Positions 1 through 12,792 of a DNA stretch of 64,000 nt are shown piece after piece. The notes below the pieces were generated by a model. That model worked only from the letters and a program-made list of their open reading frames with translations. It was not told where the DNA came from and searched no databases. Origin of the DNA: Okamejei kenojei (lineage: Eukaryota); the NCBI GenBank assembly GCA_035221665.1, contig CM069133.1, positions 7,378,001-7,442,000 of the forward strand, written 5' to 3'. The translations under genes and the position numbers were made by a program. Position 1 is the stretch's first letter. Each line of letters opens with the position of its first letter.

Positions 1-2045
1 CCCGAATTGTCTTTTTAGTATCTTCTGTTGCTCTTTGAACATTCCCCAATCCTCTTGCTTCCCGCTCAAGTTTGCTACGTTGTACTTCTTCTCTTTCATT
101 TTTATACTGTCCCTGACGTCCCTTGTCAGCCACGGTCACCCCTTACTCCCCTTGGAATCTTTCTTCCTCATAGGAATGAACTGATCCTGTACTTTCTGTA
201 TTATTCCTAGAAATACCTGCCATTGTTCCACTGTCATCCCTGCTAGTGTATCTTTCCAGTCAATGTTGGCCAGCTCCTCCCTCATGACCCCATAGTCCCC
301 TTTATTCAACTGTGACACTGACACCTCCGATCTACCCTTCTCCCTCTCCAATTGTAGATTAAACCGGGCCATATTATGGTCACTACCTCCTAATGGCTCA
401 TTAACCTCAAGTTCCTTTATTAAATCCAGTTCGCGACATAACACTAAATCCAGAATTGCCTTCTCCCTAGTAGGTTCCGATACAAGCTGTTCTAAGAATC
501 CATCTCAAAGGCACTATAAAGTCCCTTTCTTGGAATCCAGTACCAACTTGATTTTCACAGTCTACCTGCATGTTGAAATCACCCATAAAAACCACAGTAT
601 ATTACCTTTGCCACATGCCAATTTTAACTCCTCATTCAACTTGCTCCCTATGTCCAGGCTACTGTTTGGGGGCCTGCAGATAAGTCCCATTAGGGTCTTT
701 TTACCCTTACAATTCCTTAATTCTATCCATACTGACTCCACATCTCCTGATTCAATGTCACCCCTTGCAAGGGACTGAATTTCATCCCTCAACCAACAGA
801 GCTATCCCACCCTCTCTGCCCACCTGTCTGTCTTTTCGATAGGAGGTATACCCTTGGATATTCAGTTCCCAGCCCTGGCCCTCTTGCAGCCATATCTCTG
901 TAATTCCCACAACATCATACCAGCCAATTTCTAACTGAGCCTCAAGCTCATCCACTTTATTTCTAATACTTTGCGCATTCATATACAACACTTTGACCTC
1001 CGTATTCATGTCCCCCCTCGCACCGCTCGTAATTGGCCCTGACCTTACTCTTTTATCCCTTCTCGAACTTCCCTTCCCATTAATCCAAGAATCTTTTGTA
1101 ATTTTTCCTATACTCACTTCCCCTTTATACTCCAACTTTATACGCCCAATTTGTCAACCCCCCCCCCCAAAACCCACTATTTAGTTTAAACCCACACATG
1201 TAGCCCTAGCAAACCTGCCTGTCAGAATGTCGGCCCCCCTCCAGTTAAGGTGTAACCCATCCCTTTTGTACAGGTCACCCCTACCCCAGAAGAGATCCCA
1301 GTGGTCTATAAATCTAAATCCTTGCTCCCTGCTCCAGCCCCTCAGCCACACATTCAGATCCCCTATCTCCCTGTTCCTGTCCTCACTAGCACGAGGTACT
1401 GGAAGCAATCCAGAGATAACCACCCGAGAAGTCCGGCATTTCAGTCTTCTTCCCAACTCTCCTTCCTCTTCGTCCCGATGTCGTTTGTGCCTACATGCAC
1501 AACTACTGCCGGCTGTTCACCTTCTCTCTCGAGGATGTTCTGAATTCAGCTCGCCACATCTTGAACCCCGGCACCAGGGAGGCAACAGCCCAGCCTCGTG
1601 TCTCGTCTACCGCCACAGAATCTCATGTCTGCTCCTCGGACAATGGAGTCACCCACCACTAGGGATCTGCCCAACGCTGGTTGAGTCCCATCTCTAGGAT
1701 TGGAGTCACCGACCTGTCTGCCGCTTGGACTGGAAGCATCGTCTCCCCGGACAGTTCCCAAGAGGGCATACCTGGTTTCATTAGGCACAGCCACCTGCGT
1801 CTCCTGCACTCCACGGTCACCACCCTTTCTCTCAGTCACACATCTTCGTTCTTCCCATGACAACCTAATTGTAGGTCCTGTCCAGGAAACTCTCATTTTC
1901 CCAGATGGCCCTGAGGTCATCCAGCTGCTTCTCCAGTGCCCCAACACAGTCCTTCAGGAGCTGAACCTGAAAACACTTGCCACTGTTGTAGCAGCCAGAT
2001 GCTCCATCCCTGTCCCTGGGCTCCCACATCCTGCAAACTGCCTCA
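1..2045 (-). mobile_element. CR1 LINE, 5' portion (ORF1 SGNH-esterase region and ORF2 APE endonuclease), degenerate; probable 5'UTR remnant continues at ~2496-2640
   Basis: Minus-strand ORFs contain LVVGDSIVRG...CCLPGA and VVISGLLPVPRA (CR1 ORF1 esterase) and YMNAQSIRNK...DVVGITEIWL and EPLGGSDHN (APE endonuclease). Confidence 0.9.
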
Positions 2046-2495
2046 TCAGTAGGTTCACGAGATTGATCCCTGGGATGGCGGGACTGTCATATGAGGAAAG
2101 ATTGAAAGGACTAGGCTTGTATTCACTGGAGTTTAGAAGGATGAGGGGGATCTTATAGAAACATATAAAATTATAAAAGGACTGGACAACCTAGATGCAG
2201 GAAAAATGTTCCCAATGTTGGGCGAGTCCAGAACCAGGGGCCACAGTCTTAGAATAAAGGGGAGGTCATTTAAGAGTTACGTGAGAAAAAACTTTTTCAT
2301 CCAGAGAGTTGTGAATTTATGGAATTCCCTACCACAGAGGGCAGTGGCCAAATCACTGGATGGATTTAAGAGAGAGTTAGATAGAGCTCTAGGGGCTAGT
2401 GGAGTCAAGGAATATGGGGAGAAGGCAGGCACGGGTTATTGATATGGGACGATCAGCCATGATCACAATGAATGGCGGTGCTGGCTCGAAGGGCC
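2046..2495 (+). mobile_element. CR1 LINE 3' fragment inserted into the preceding CR1
   Basis: [18 protein letters not shown]...GLYSLE and RTRGHSL...FFIQRVVNLWNSLP C-terminal ORF2 motifs plus CR1 3'UTR. Confidence 0.9.
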
Positions 2496-3889
2496 ATCTT
2501 ACCGCTTCTTCTTCAGCTTTTTGCGTAGCCTCCTCTCCCAAGACTATCGAGCCAAAAATTCCCACTTCCCTCACTGCCGCTCCACTAGGGCAGCCTTACT
2601 CATACTGACTGATAAATTTACCAATGTACAAACCAAATTCCTCAGTTTTAAACTGTTTTTCCCCTGTGACTTAATCACCTTTCCCACGGGTTTCAGCCAA
2701 TAAGCTCTTCTCCCTGCTTCTCTTTGATTGCTGCTTGTCCAAGATCCACGTAAGCACTGGACTTTGTCAAGGGTTACCCTCCCCTATAATATTTGTTTGA
2801 AAAACAGTTGTGGGGGCTTTGATCAGTATATGAGCAGTACATTCCTCTGCTCTTGTAGAATTTGAACGAACAATGTTTATGGAGATAACCATGTATTCAC
2901 CAGTGGAGTCATTGCCCCCAAAGTGACTCTAGCGGATATACCGATAATACTTAGCTGTGATTAAATAGTTAAATGAAGGACGGGTTCTAGCGGTGCAAAG
3001 AAATTGACTTTTGAATGAACTGTCATCGATGTCCGTTCAATAGACAATTTTCGGTACCAGAAACATGGCGGCTCTTTGTGCATTACTTAGGTGAGGTCTG
3101 CTGTGTGATTTTACTAGATGGTATGCAAAAATAAAGAATTTCACTGTACCTAGCTGCATGTGGCAATAAAGTATCATTGAATCGTTGAATCATTGTATTG
3201 CGGTGCATTAATTTACTAAAACAAAGCGAAATATAAATTAATTGACAATTAAATCATAGAGGTTGATAGGTTTAACATAAGCGCATGGCAGTGCATGCGC
3301 CAAAGGGGTATTTCTACCGCACTCAATAGTCAGACAGAGATGACTGGTGCAGGAAATACGCGGGAGTACACATGGATCGCAGCATTGGTCGATTTGTTAA
3401 ATAACTGTGTGCTCTGGCTAAGGAACATGGAATTCAGACCCCACTGATCATCCCAGATATGTTTTACATTTTCACACATGCCTACATTATATCACCCAGT
3501 GACCTTCACACATAAGAGTTCACTTCATATGTTCTGCTTCAGTGTGCAAAGGGATACAATGTGGACACCTCTGGCCTTCGCTAAGCTGGAAGATAATGAG
3601 CATCCATTCGGTATTTTACTCATTTTTACTCGGGTCACTATCTGTGTGGTGTGTGACTAGCAATCATACCCACTATATGAACTACCTTATAACTGTGTGT
3701 CAGATCATCTCTAAACAGATTCCATACAGAATCCAAGAGACATCGATGCCCACTGTACACGTGATAGCTAATCACAATCAAACACAGAACCCGGGATATG
3801 CATGATCAGAATTGATACTCTTGACAATTTAATCGAAATGGTGCAGCATGTAACCAATAAGATTGGTAGCTGGAAGTTCGCTAGATATA

Positions 3890-6800
3890 CAGTGGCTTGC
3901 AAAAGCTGTCATACCCCTTGAACTTTTCCACATTTTGTCACGTTACAACCACAAACGTAAATGTATTTTATTGGGATTTTATGTGATAGACCAACACAAA
4001 GTGGTGCATAATTGTGAAGTGGAAGGAAAATGATACATGGTTTCCAAATTTTATTACAAATAAAAAACTGAAAAGTGTGGCGTGCAAAAGTATTTAGCCC
4101 CCTTGAGTCAATACTTTGTAGAACCACCTTTCGCTGCAATTACAGCTGCAAGTCTTTTGGGGTATGTCTCTACCAGCTTTGCACATCTAGAGACTGAAAT
4201 CTTTGCCCATTCTTCTTTGCAAAATAGCTCAAGCTCAGTCAGATTGGATGGAGAGTGTCTGTGAACAGCAATTTTCAAGTCTTGCCAGAGATTCTCAATT
4301 GGATTTAGGTCTGGACTTTGACTGGGCCATTCTAACACATGAATATGCTTTGATCTAAACCATTCCATTGTACCTCTGGCTGTATGTTTAGGGTCGTTGT
4401 CCTGCTGGAAGGCGAACCTCCACCCCAGTCTCAAGTCCTTTGCAGACTAACAGGTTTTTCTTCCAAGATTGCCCTGTATTTGGCTCCATCCATCTTCCCA
4501 TCAACTCTGACCAGCTTCGCTGTCCCTGCTGAAGAAAAGCATCCCCACAGCATGATGCTGCCACCACCATGTTTCACAGTGGGGATGGTGTGTTCAGGGT
4601 GATGTGCAGTGTTAGTTTTCCGCCACACATAGCGTTTTGCATTTAGGCCAAAAACTTCCACTTTGGTCTCATCAGACCAGAGCACCTTCCTCCACATGTT
4701 TGCTGTGTCCCCCACATGGCTTGTGGCAAACTGCAAACGGGACTTCTTATGGCTTTGTTTCAACAATGGCTTTCTTCTTGCCACTCTTCCATAAAGGCCC
4801 GATTTGTGGAGTGCACGACTAATAGTTGTCTTGTGGACAGATTCTCCCACCTGAGCTGTGGATCTCTGCAGCTCCTCCAGAGTTACCATGGGCCTCTTGG
4901 CTGCTTCTCTGATCAATGCTCTCCTTGCCCGGCCTGTCAGTTTAGGTGGACGGCCATGTCTTGGTAGGTGCAGGAGTCCCCTGCGGTCATCTCCCTCCTA
5001 AACAGGTATACCATTTTGGATACTGTTGAGGGAGATGGCTCATCAGGGGAATGCAGCAGCTGCCAAGTTCATGGCACCATGGGTGGCTCTGCAGCACATG
5101 AGGGGGGAAAAAAGAGGGGAAGGGCAATAGTAATAGGGGATTCAATTGTCAGGGGAATAGATAGGCGTTTCTGCGGCCGCAAACGAGACTCCAGGATGGT
5201 ATGTTGCCTCCCTGGTGCAAAGGTCAGGGATGTCACTGAACGGCTGCAGAACATTCTGGAGGGGGAGGGTGAACAGCCAGTTGTCGTGGTACATGTTGGC
5301 ACCAACGATATAGGTAAAAAAAGGGATGAAGTCCTACAAGGTGAATTTAGGGAGCTAGGAGATAAACTTAAAAGTAGGACCTCAAAGGTAGTAATCTCCG
5401 GATTACTACCAGTACCACGGGCCAGTCAGAGTAGAAATAGGAGGATATTGCAAATGAATACGTGGCTTGAAAAGTGGTGCAAGGGGGAGGGATTCAAATT
5501 TTTAGGGCACTGGGACCGGTTTCTGGGGGAGGTGGGACCGGTACAAACAGGACGGTTTGCACCTGGAATGGAATGGAACCAATGTTCTTGGGGGAGTGTT
5601 TGCTAGTGCTATCGGGGAGGATTTAAACTAATGTGGCAGGGGGATGGTACAAGAGCAGAGAGGCAGGTGGTGTAAAATGAGGGTAGAAGCAATAGGTAGC
5701 AAGGTGAAAAGTAAAAGTGGCAGGCAGACAAAACCAGGGCAAAAATCAAAAAGGGCCACTTTTCAGCAAAATTGTATAAGGGGTAAGTGCGTTGTAAAGA
5801 CAAGCCTGAAGGCTTTGTGTCTCAATGCAAGGAGTATTCGTAATAACGTGGACGAGTTGAACGTGCAGATAGATATTAATGATTATGATATAGTTGGGAT
5901 CACGGAGACATGGCTCCAGGGTGACGTAGGCTGGGAGCTGAACATCCAGGGATATTCAATATTCAGGAGGGATAGAGAGAAAGGAAAAGGAGGTGGGGTA
6001 GCGTTGCTGGTTAGAGAGGTGATTAACGCAATGGAAAGGAAGGACATTAGCTTGGAGGATGTGGAATTGGTATGGGTAGAGCTACAAAACACTAAGGGAC
6101 AGAAAACGCTGGTGGGTGTTGTGTACAGGCCACCTAACAGTAGCAGAGAAGTTGGGGATGGTATCAAACAGGAAATTAGAAATGCGTGCGACAAAGGCAA
6201 AACAGTTATAATGGGTGACTTCAATCTACATATAGATTGGGTTAATCAATTGACAGGGGTGCTGAGGAAGAGGATTTTTTGGAATGTATGCGGGATAGTT
6301 ATCTAAATCAACATGTAGAGGAACCAACGAGAGAGCAGGCTATTTTAGACTGGGTTTTGAGTAATGAGGAAGGGGTAGTTAGCCGTCTTGTTGTACGTGC
6401 CCCCTTGGGCAAGAGTGACCATAAATGGTTGCGTTCTTCATTAGGATGGAGAGTGACATTGTTAATTCAGAAACAATGGTTCTGAACTTAAAGAAAGGTA
6501 TCTTTGAGGGTATGAGACGTGAATTGACTGGCAATTAATTCTAAAAGGGTTGACGGTGGATATACAATGGAAGACATTTAAAGACTGCATGGATGAACTA
6601 CAAAAATTGTTCATCCCAGTTTGGCAAAAGAATAAATCGGGGAAGGTAGTGCATCCGTGGATAACAAGGGAAATCAGGGATAGTATCAAAGCAAAGGATG
6701 ATGCGTACAAAGTAGCCAGAAAAAGCAGCATACCAGAGGACTGGGAGAAATTCAGAGACCAGCAGAGGAGGACAAAGGGCTTAATTAGGAAAGGAAAAAT

Positions 6801-9218
6801 AGATTATGAAAGAAAACTGGCAGGGAACATAAAAACTGACTGCAAAAGTTTTTTATAGATATGTGAAGAGAAAGAGGTTAGTTAAAACAAATGTAGGTCC
6901 CTTGCAGTCAGAAACAGGTGAGTTGATCATGGGGAACAAGGATATGGCGGACCAATTGAATAACTACTTTGGTTCCGTCTTCACTAAGGAAGACATAAAT
7001 AATCTGCCGGAAATAGCAGGGGACTGTGGTTCAAAGGAGGAATTGAGTGAAATCGAGGTTAGCTGGAAGTGGTGTTGGGTAAATTGAATAGATTAAAGGC
7101 CGATAAATCCCCAGGGCCAGATAGGCTGCATCCCAGAGTACTTAAGGAAGTAGCTCAGGAAATAGTGGATGCATTAGTGATAATCTTTCAAAACTCTTTA
7201 GATTCTGGAGTAGTTCCTGAGGATTGGCGGTAGCAAATGTAACCCCTCTTTTTAAGAAGGGAGGGAGAGAGAAAACGGGGAATTACAGACCAGTTAGTCT
7301 AACATCGGTAGTGGGGAAACTGCTAGAGTCAGTTATTAAAGATGGGATAGCAGCACATTTGGAAAGTGTGAAATCATTGGACAAAGTCAGCATGGATTTA
7401 CAAAAGGTAAATCATGTCTGACGAATCTTGTGGAATTTTTCGAGGATGTAACTAGTACGTGGATAAGGGAGAACCAGTGGATGTGGTATATCTGGACTTC
7501 CAGAAGGCTTTCGACAAGGTCCCACATAAGAGATTAGTATACAAACTTAAAGCATACGGTATTAGGGTTCAGTATTGATGTGGATAGAGAACTGGCTGGC
7601 AAACAGGAAGCAAAGAGTAGGAGTAAACGGGTCCTTTTCACAATGGCAAGGCAGTAACTAGTGGGGTACCGCAGGGCTCAGTGCTGGGACCCCAGCTATT
7701 TACAATATATATTAATGATCTGGATGAGGGAATTGAAGGCAATATCTCCAAGTTTGCGGATGACACTAAGCTGGGGGGCAGTGTTCGCTGTGAGGAGGAT
7801 GCTAGGAGACTGCAGGGTGACTTGGATAGGCTGGGTGAGTGGGCAAATGTTTGGCAGATGCAGTATAAATGTGGATAAATGTGAGGTATCCACTTTGGTG
7901 GCAAAAACAGGAAAGCGGACTATTATTTAAATGGCGGCCGATTGGGAAAAGGGAGATGCAGCGAGACCTGGGTGTCATGGTACACCAGTCATTGAAAGTA
8001 GGCATGCAGGTGCAGCAGGCAGTGAAAAAAGCGAATGGTATGTTTAGCTTTCATAGCAAAAGGATTTGAGTACAGGAGCAGGGAGGTTCTACTTCAGCTG
8101 TACAGGGTCTTGGTGAGACCACACCTGGAGTATTGCGTGCAGTTTTGGTCTCCAAATCTGAGGAAGGACATTATTGCCATAGAGGGAGTGCAGAGAAGGT
8201 TCACCAGACTGATTCCTGGGATGTCAGGACTGTCTTATGAAGAAAGACTGGGATAGACTCGGTTTATACTCTCTGGAATTTAGGAGATTAAGAGGGGATC
8301 TTATAGAAACTTACAAAATTCTTAAGGGGTTGGACAGGCTAGATGCAGGAAGATTGTTCCCGATGTTGGGGAAGTCCAGGACAAGGGGTCACAGCTTAAG
8401 GATAAGGGGGAAATCCTTTAAGACCGAGATGAGAAAGACTTTTTTCACACAGAGAGTGGTGAGTCTCTGAACTCTCTGCCACAGAGGGTAGTTGAAGGCC
8501 AGTTCATTGGCTATATTTAAGAGTGAGTTGGATGTGGCCCTTGTGGCTAAGGGGATCAGAGGGTATGGAGAGAAGGCAGGTACGGGATACTGAGTTGGAT
8601 GATCAGCCATGATCATATTGAAATGGCGGTGCAGGCTCGAAGGGCTGAATGGCCTGCTCCTGCACCTAATTTCTATGTTTCTATGTTTCTAACCATACTC
8701 TTTCCATTTTCGGATGATGGATTGAACAGTGCTCCGTGATATTTTCAAAGCTTGGGATATTTTTTTATAACCTAACCCTGCTTTAAACTCCTCCACAACT
8801 TTATCCCTGACCTGTCTGGTGTGTTTCCTTGAGCTTCTTGATGCTGTTTGTTCACTAATATTCTCTAACAAACCTCTGAGGCCTTCACAGAACAGCTGTA
8901 TTTATACTGAGATTAGATTACACACAAGTGGGCTCTATTTACTAATTAGGTGACTTCTGAAGGCAATTGGTTGCACTGGATTTTATTTAGGGGTATCAGA
9001 GTAAAGGGGGCTGAATACTTTTGCATGCCACACTTTTCAGTTTTTTATTTGTAATAAAATTTAGAAACCATGTATCATTTTCCTTCCACTTCACAATTAT
9101 GCGCCACTTTGTGTTGGTCTATCACATAAAATCCGAATAAAATACATTTACGTTTGTGGTTGTAACGTGACAAAATGTGGAAAGGTTCAAGCGGTATGAA
9201 AACGTTTGCAAGCCACTG
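3890..9218 (-). mobile_element. Tc1/mariner (DD34E) DNA transposon with ~210-bp TIRs, interrupted by a 3.7-kb CR1
   Basis: TA|CAGTGGCTTGCAAAAG at 3888-3890 and TTTGCAAGCCACTG|TA at 9218-9220. Transposase pieces (VLWSDETK, FQQDNDPKH, SPDLNPIE) at 4108-4916, N-terminus at 8693-8871. Empty TA site present in the paralogous arm at 27827-27828. Confidence 0.96.
4968..8691 (+). mobile_element. Near full-length young CR1 LINE (ORF1 esterase, ORF2 APE-RT), many 1-bp frameshifts
   Basis: ORF 4968-5606 (GDSIVRG, VHVGTND), ORF2 pieces [32 protein letters not shown]; 3'UTR hairpin and (TTCTATGT)n tail. Confidence 0.95.
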
Positions 9219-9802
9219 TAGACTGTGAGGTAGCTTTTTTATTTTTGTTAGTTGTAATTCACATCAGAGTTTTCAGTCTTTGAGCATCAGACCGAAAGCG
9301 CCTGATTAGTTTAGCAGCACGGTCGACACAGGTGTTTCCTTTCAGTTACATGGTGAGCTCTTGCCCATCGTTCACAATATCGCCACAGAAATATAAAAGA
9401 GGGGGGTTAATCTGGTTCAGCAGAATCTTAATGCATTCCTTCCTTATGCTATTAGTCATTTTATCATTTATTCCATGCGCACTCTTATGATAATAAGGAC
9501 CATCTGTGCAGAGCCACATAAAAACAACCAATTAGAGGGAAGTATGAGGCGTAAATAAAGTTAGTTTTCCCCACTTCGATTTAATGGACAACAGTAGACT
9601 TGTAGAAGACACGAAGAACCTGCTCGATATGTCAGCAAATTAAAATGAATTTGCTATAACACAGGCAGACAAAAGGTAACCGTTAAATCGCACGAGAGGG
9701 CCGTTCGATCTCAGTTTCTTGTTTTGAAACATAGAAAGGTAGAAATATAGAAAATATTCCTCAGGAAAATATTTCAGAATTTCCCTGAGGGGATCAATAA
9801 AG

Positions 9803-9806
<4 letters not shown>

Positions 9807-9853
<47 letters not shown>
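9807..9853 (+). repeat. (ATT)n microsatellite, about 15 units (about 5 units in the paralogous arm near 26770)
   Basis: Read directly. Confidence 0.9.
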
Positions 9854-9854
<1 letters not shown>

Positions 9855-11790
9855 AGGTGCAGGAGTAGGCCATTCAGCCCTTTGAGCCCTTTGACCATTC
9901 AATATGATCATTGCTGATCATCCAAAATCAGTACCCTGTTCTAGCTTTTTCCCCATAACCCTTGATTCTTTTAGCTCAAAGAGGTAAATCTAACTCACTC
10001 TTGAAAACATCCAGTGAACTGGTCTTCTGTGGCAGATAATTCTACAGATTCACATCTCTCTGAGTGAAAAGGATTTGCCTCATCTCAATCGGAAATGGCC
10101 TATCCCTTAATCTTAAACTGTGACCCCAGCTTCTGGACTCGCCCAACATCGGGACCATTTTGCTTGCATCTATCCTCTAAGAATTTTATATGTGTCTACA
10201 TGATCCCCTCTTATCCTAAATTACAGCGAATACAAGCCCAGTAGACGCATTCTTTAATCATATTGACGCACCCCTAATCCCGGCAATTAACATGCCGAAC
10301 CTATGGTGCACCCTCAATAGCAATAATGTCCTTTCTCAAATTAGGAGACAATACTCCAGGTGTGTTCTCACCATGGCTCTGCACAGCTGCAGTAGGGCCT
10401 CCATGCTCCTAAACTCACATCCTCTCACTATGAAGGCCAACATGCCATTTGCTTACTCCACTGTCTGCGGTACCTGCATGCTTACTTTCTGTGACTGATG
10501 TACAAGCAGAGCCAGGTCTCGTTGCACCTCCCCTTCTCCTGACCCCATTCAGATAAACATCTACCTTCCTGTTCTTGCCACCAAAGTGGATAACCTCACA
10601 TTAATCCACATTAATTGCTACTCTTTGCTTCCTGTTTGCCAACCAGTTCTCTGACCATGTCAATACCCTACCTCCAATACCAAGAGCTCTAATTTTGCAC
10701 ACTAATCTCTTGTGTGGGATCTTGTCAAAGGCTTTCTGCAAGTCTTGATACACCACATGCACTGGCTCTCCCTTATCCAGTCGACTTGTTACATCCTCAA
10801 AAAATTCCAAAAGATTAGTCAAGCATCATTTCCCCTTCTTAAATCCATGCTGACTTTGAACGATACCGCCACTGCTTTCCAAGTCACTGCTTTCCTGAAG
10901 GGACCTGACTGACTGTAAGGGACCTACATATGTCTTCGCTAATCTTTTTCTTTTTACATACCTAATAAACATTTACAGTCAGTTTTTATATTCCCTGCAA
11001 AGCTTTCTTTCATGCTCTCCCCCCTCTTAATAAATCCCTGTGTCCTCCTTGGTTGAGTTTCAAATTTATCCAAATCCCCCGATTTGCTGCTTCTTCTGGC
11101 CAATTTATAAGCCTCTTCCTTGGCTTTAACACTATCCTTGTCTTCCCTCCTCAGCCACAGTTGAGCCGCCTTTGCAGTTTTATTTTTTTGCCAGGGAGCG
11201 CAGGGGGGTGATGAGGGGAGTTCATTTCGAGGTATACAAAATCATGAGAGGAATAGATCGGGAAGATGCACCGAGTCTTTTGCCCAGAGTGGGGGAGTCG
11301 AGGACCAGAGGACATAGGTTCAAGGTGAAGGGGAAATGATTTATCAGGAATCCGAGGGGTAATGTTTTCACACGAAGGGTGGTGGGTGCATGGAACAAGC
11401 TACGCCTGCACCTCCAGACTCAGCAGGGCGGGTCCCAGAGCAGCTTTAGCTCTGGGGATGAAGCTGTTCCTGAGTCTGGAGGTGCAGGCGTAGAAGGCCT
11501 TGTAACGTCTGCCGGAAGGTAGGAGTTCGAACAGACTATTACAAGGGTGTGAGGAGTCTTTGTGGATGCTGACGGCCTTCCTGAGGCACCGTGTGTAGTA
11601 GATGCCCTCCAAGGCTGGTAGCTGTGTCTCAATTTCCCTAATTTCCTGATTCATGCTATCCCAAACCTCCCTCCTGCTGTTTGGTGGTCTGTATACCACT
11701 CCAACAAGCGTTTTCTGCCCTTGACTATTTCGCAGTTCTACCCATACCGATTTGACAGCATCCAAACTAATTTGTCTCCTTGCTATTGCA
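9854..11790 (-). mobile_element. Degenerate CR1 with nested fragments of another CR1 (~11190-11400) and a Rex/L2-like 3' end (~11400-11630)
   Basis: TNLLEFFEDVT...DLQKAFDKIPH, VWVELRNSQGQKTLVGVVYRPP, SHPCNSLFELLPSGRRY. Confidence 0.82.
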
Positions 11791-12792
11791 TTATAGCTTA
11801 TTGGTCATTCAACTTGATCATGGATGATCTTCCAAAATGTTACGTTGTCCCTGCTCGGAAAAGTGCTGAAAAGCAGGACCTCCAGCGTGGTTATGTCCGG
11901 TTTGCTTCCAGTTCCTCGTACTGGCGAGAGCAGGATCAGGGAGATAAAGGACCTGAATGTGTAACTGGTGCAGGGGGCAGGGATTTAGATTCTTAGACCA
12001 CTGGGATCTGTTTTGGAGCAAGGGGGAACTGTACAAAAGGGATGGATCGCATCTTAACAGGTGGGGGACTGGTATTCAGGCAGACAGGTTTGCCACTGTG
12101 ACACAGGTGGTTTTAAACTAAATCAGGGGGGATGAGGGGGATGTCAAATGGGATAGACAAGGACAGAGTTAAAGAGAAAGGGAGTAAAGGGATAGTTAAT
12201 GACCCCAGAATTAACGGGAAAGGAGGCTCACAAAGGGATAGGAGAGTATGGCCAAGTGTAATAGGGATCGATGTGAATGGTGAGATGCGTAAGGAATTAA
12301 AAGTGCTGTTTTTGAATGCGCGAAGTATAAGTAAAGTAGATGAGCTTGGGGCTCAAATAGAGGTTGGTAGATATGACATTGTGGGGATTACCGAGACGTG
12401 GCTGCAGGAGGATCAGGTCTGGGAACTTAATATTCAGGGTTATACATCCTATAGAAAGGACAGGCAGGTGGGCAGAGGAGGGGGGTAGCTCTGCTGGTGA
12501 GCAATGGAATTCAGTCCCTTGCGAGGGAAGACATAGAGATTGACGAGGTAGAGTCACTGTGGATTGAGTTTAGGAATTGTAAAGGCAAGAAGACACTAAT
12601 TGATGTTATCTACAGACCCCTAAATAGTAGCCCGGATGTAGGGTGTAAGTTCCAGCAGGAGTTAAAACTGGCATGTAACAAAGCTAATGCCACTGTGGTG
12701 ATGGGGGATTTCAATATGCAGGTAGACTGGGAAAATCAAGTTGGTTCAGGACCCCAAGAAAGAGAGTTTGCAGAGTGCCTCTGAGATGGATT

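Larger units (their letters stand above)
2340..12640 (+). repeat. Left arm of a large inverted segmental duplication (partner 17793-33655)
   Basis: Segments 2496-3887 and 9221-9800 and the nested-TE mosaic 9854-12640 recur as reverse complement in the same order at 33455-30476, 27851-26770 and 26765-23150/18373-17793. Confidence 0.9.

Noticed and set aside
2640-3887. Possible exons in the duplicated non-TE sequence (also a TTTCAG-TTACATG-GTGAGC micro-exon-like motif near 9340-9358)
   Set aside because: No recognisable domain, frames are not preserved between the arms, and splice-like motifs alone are not evidence
9640-9873. Poly-Asn ORF
   Set aside because: Translation of the (ATT)n microsatellite
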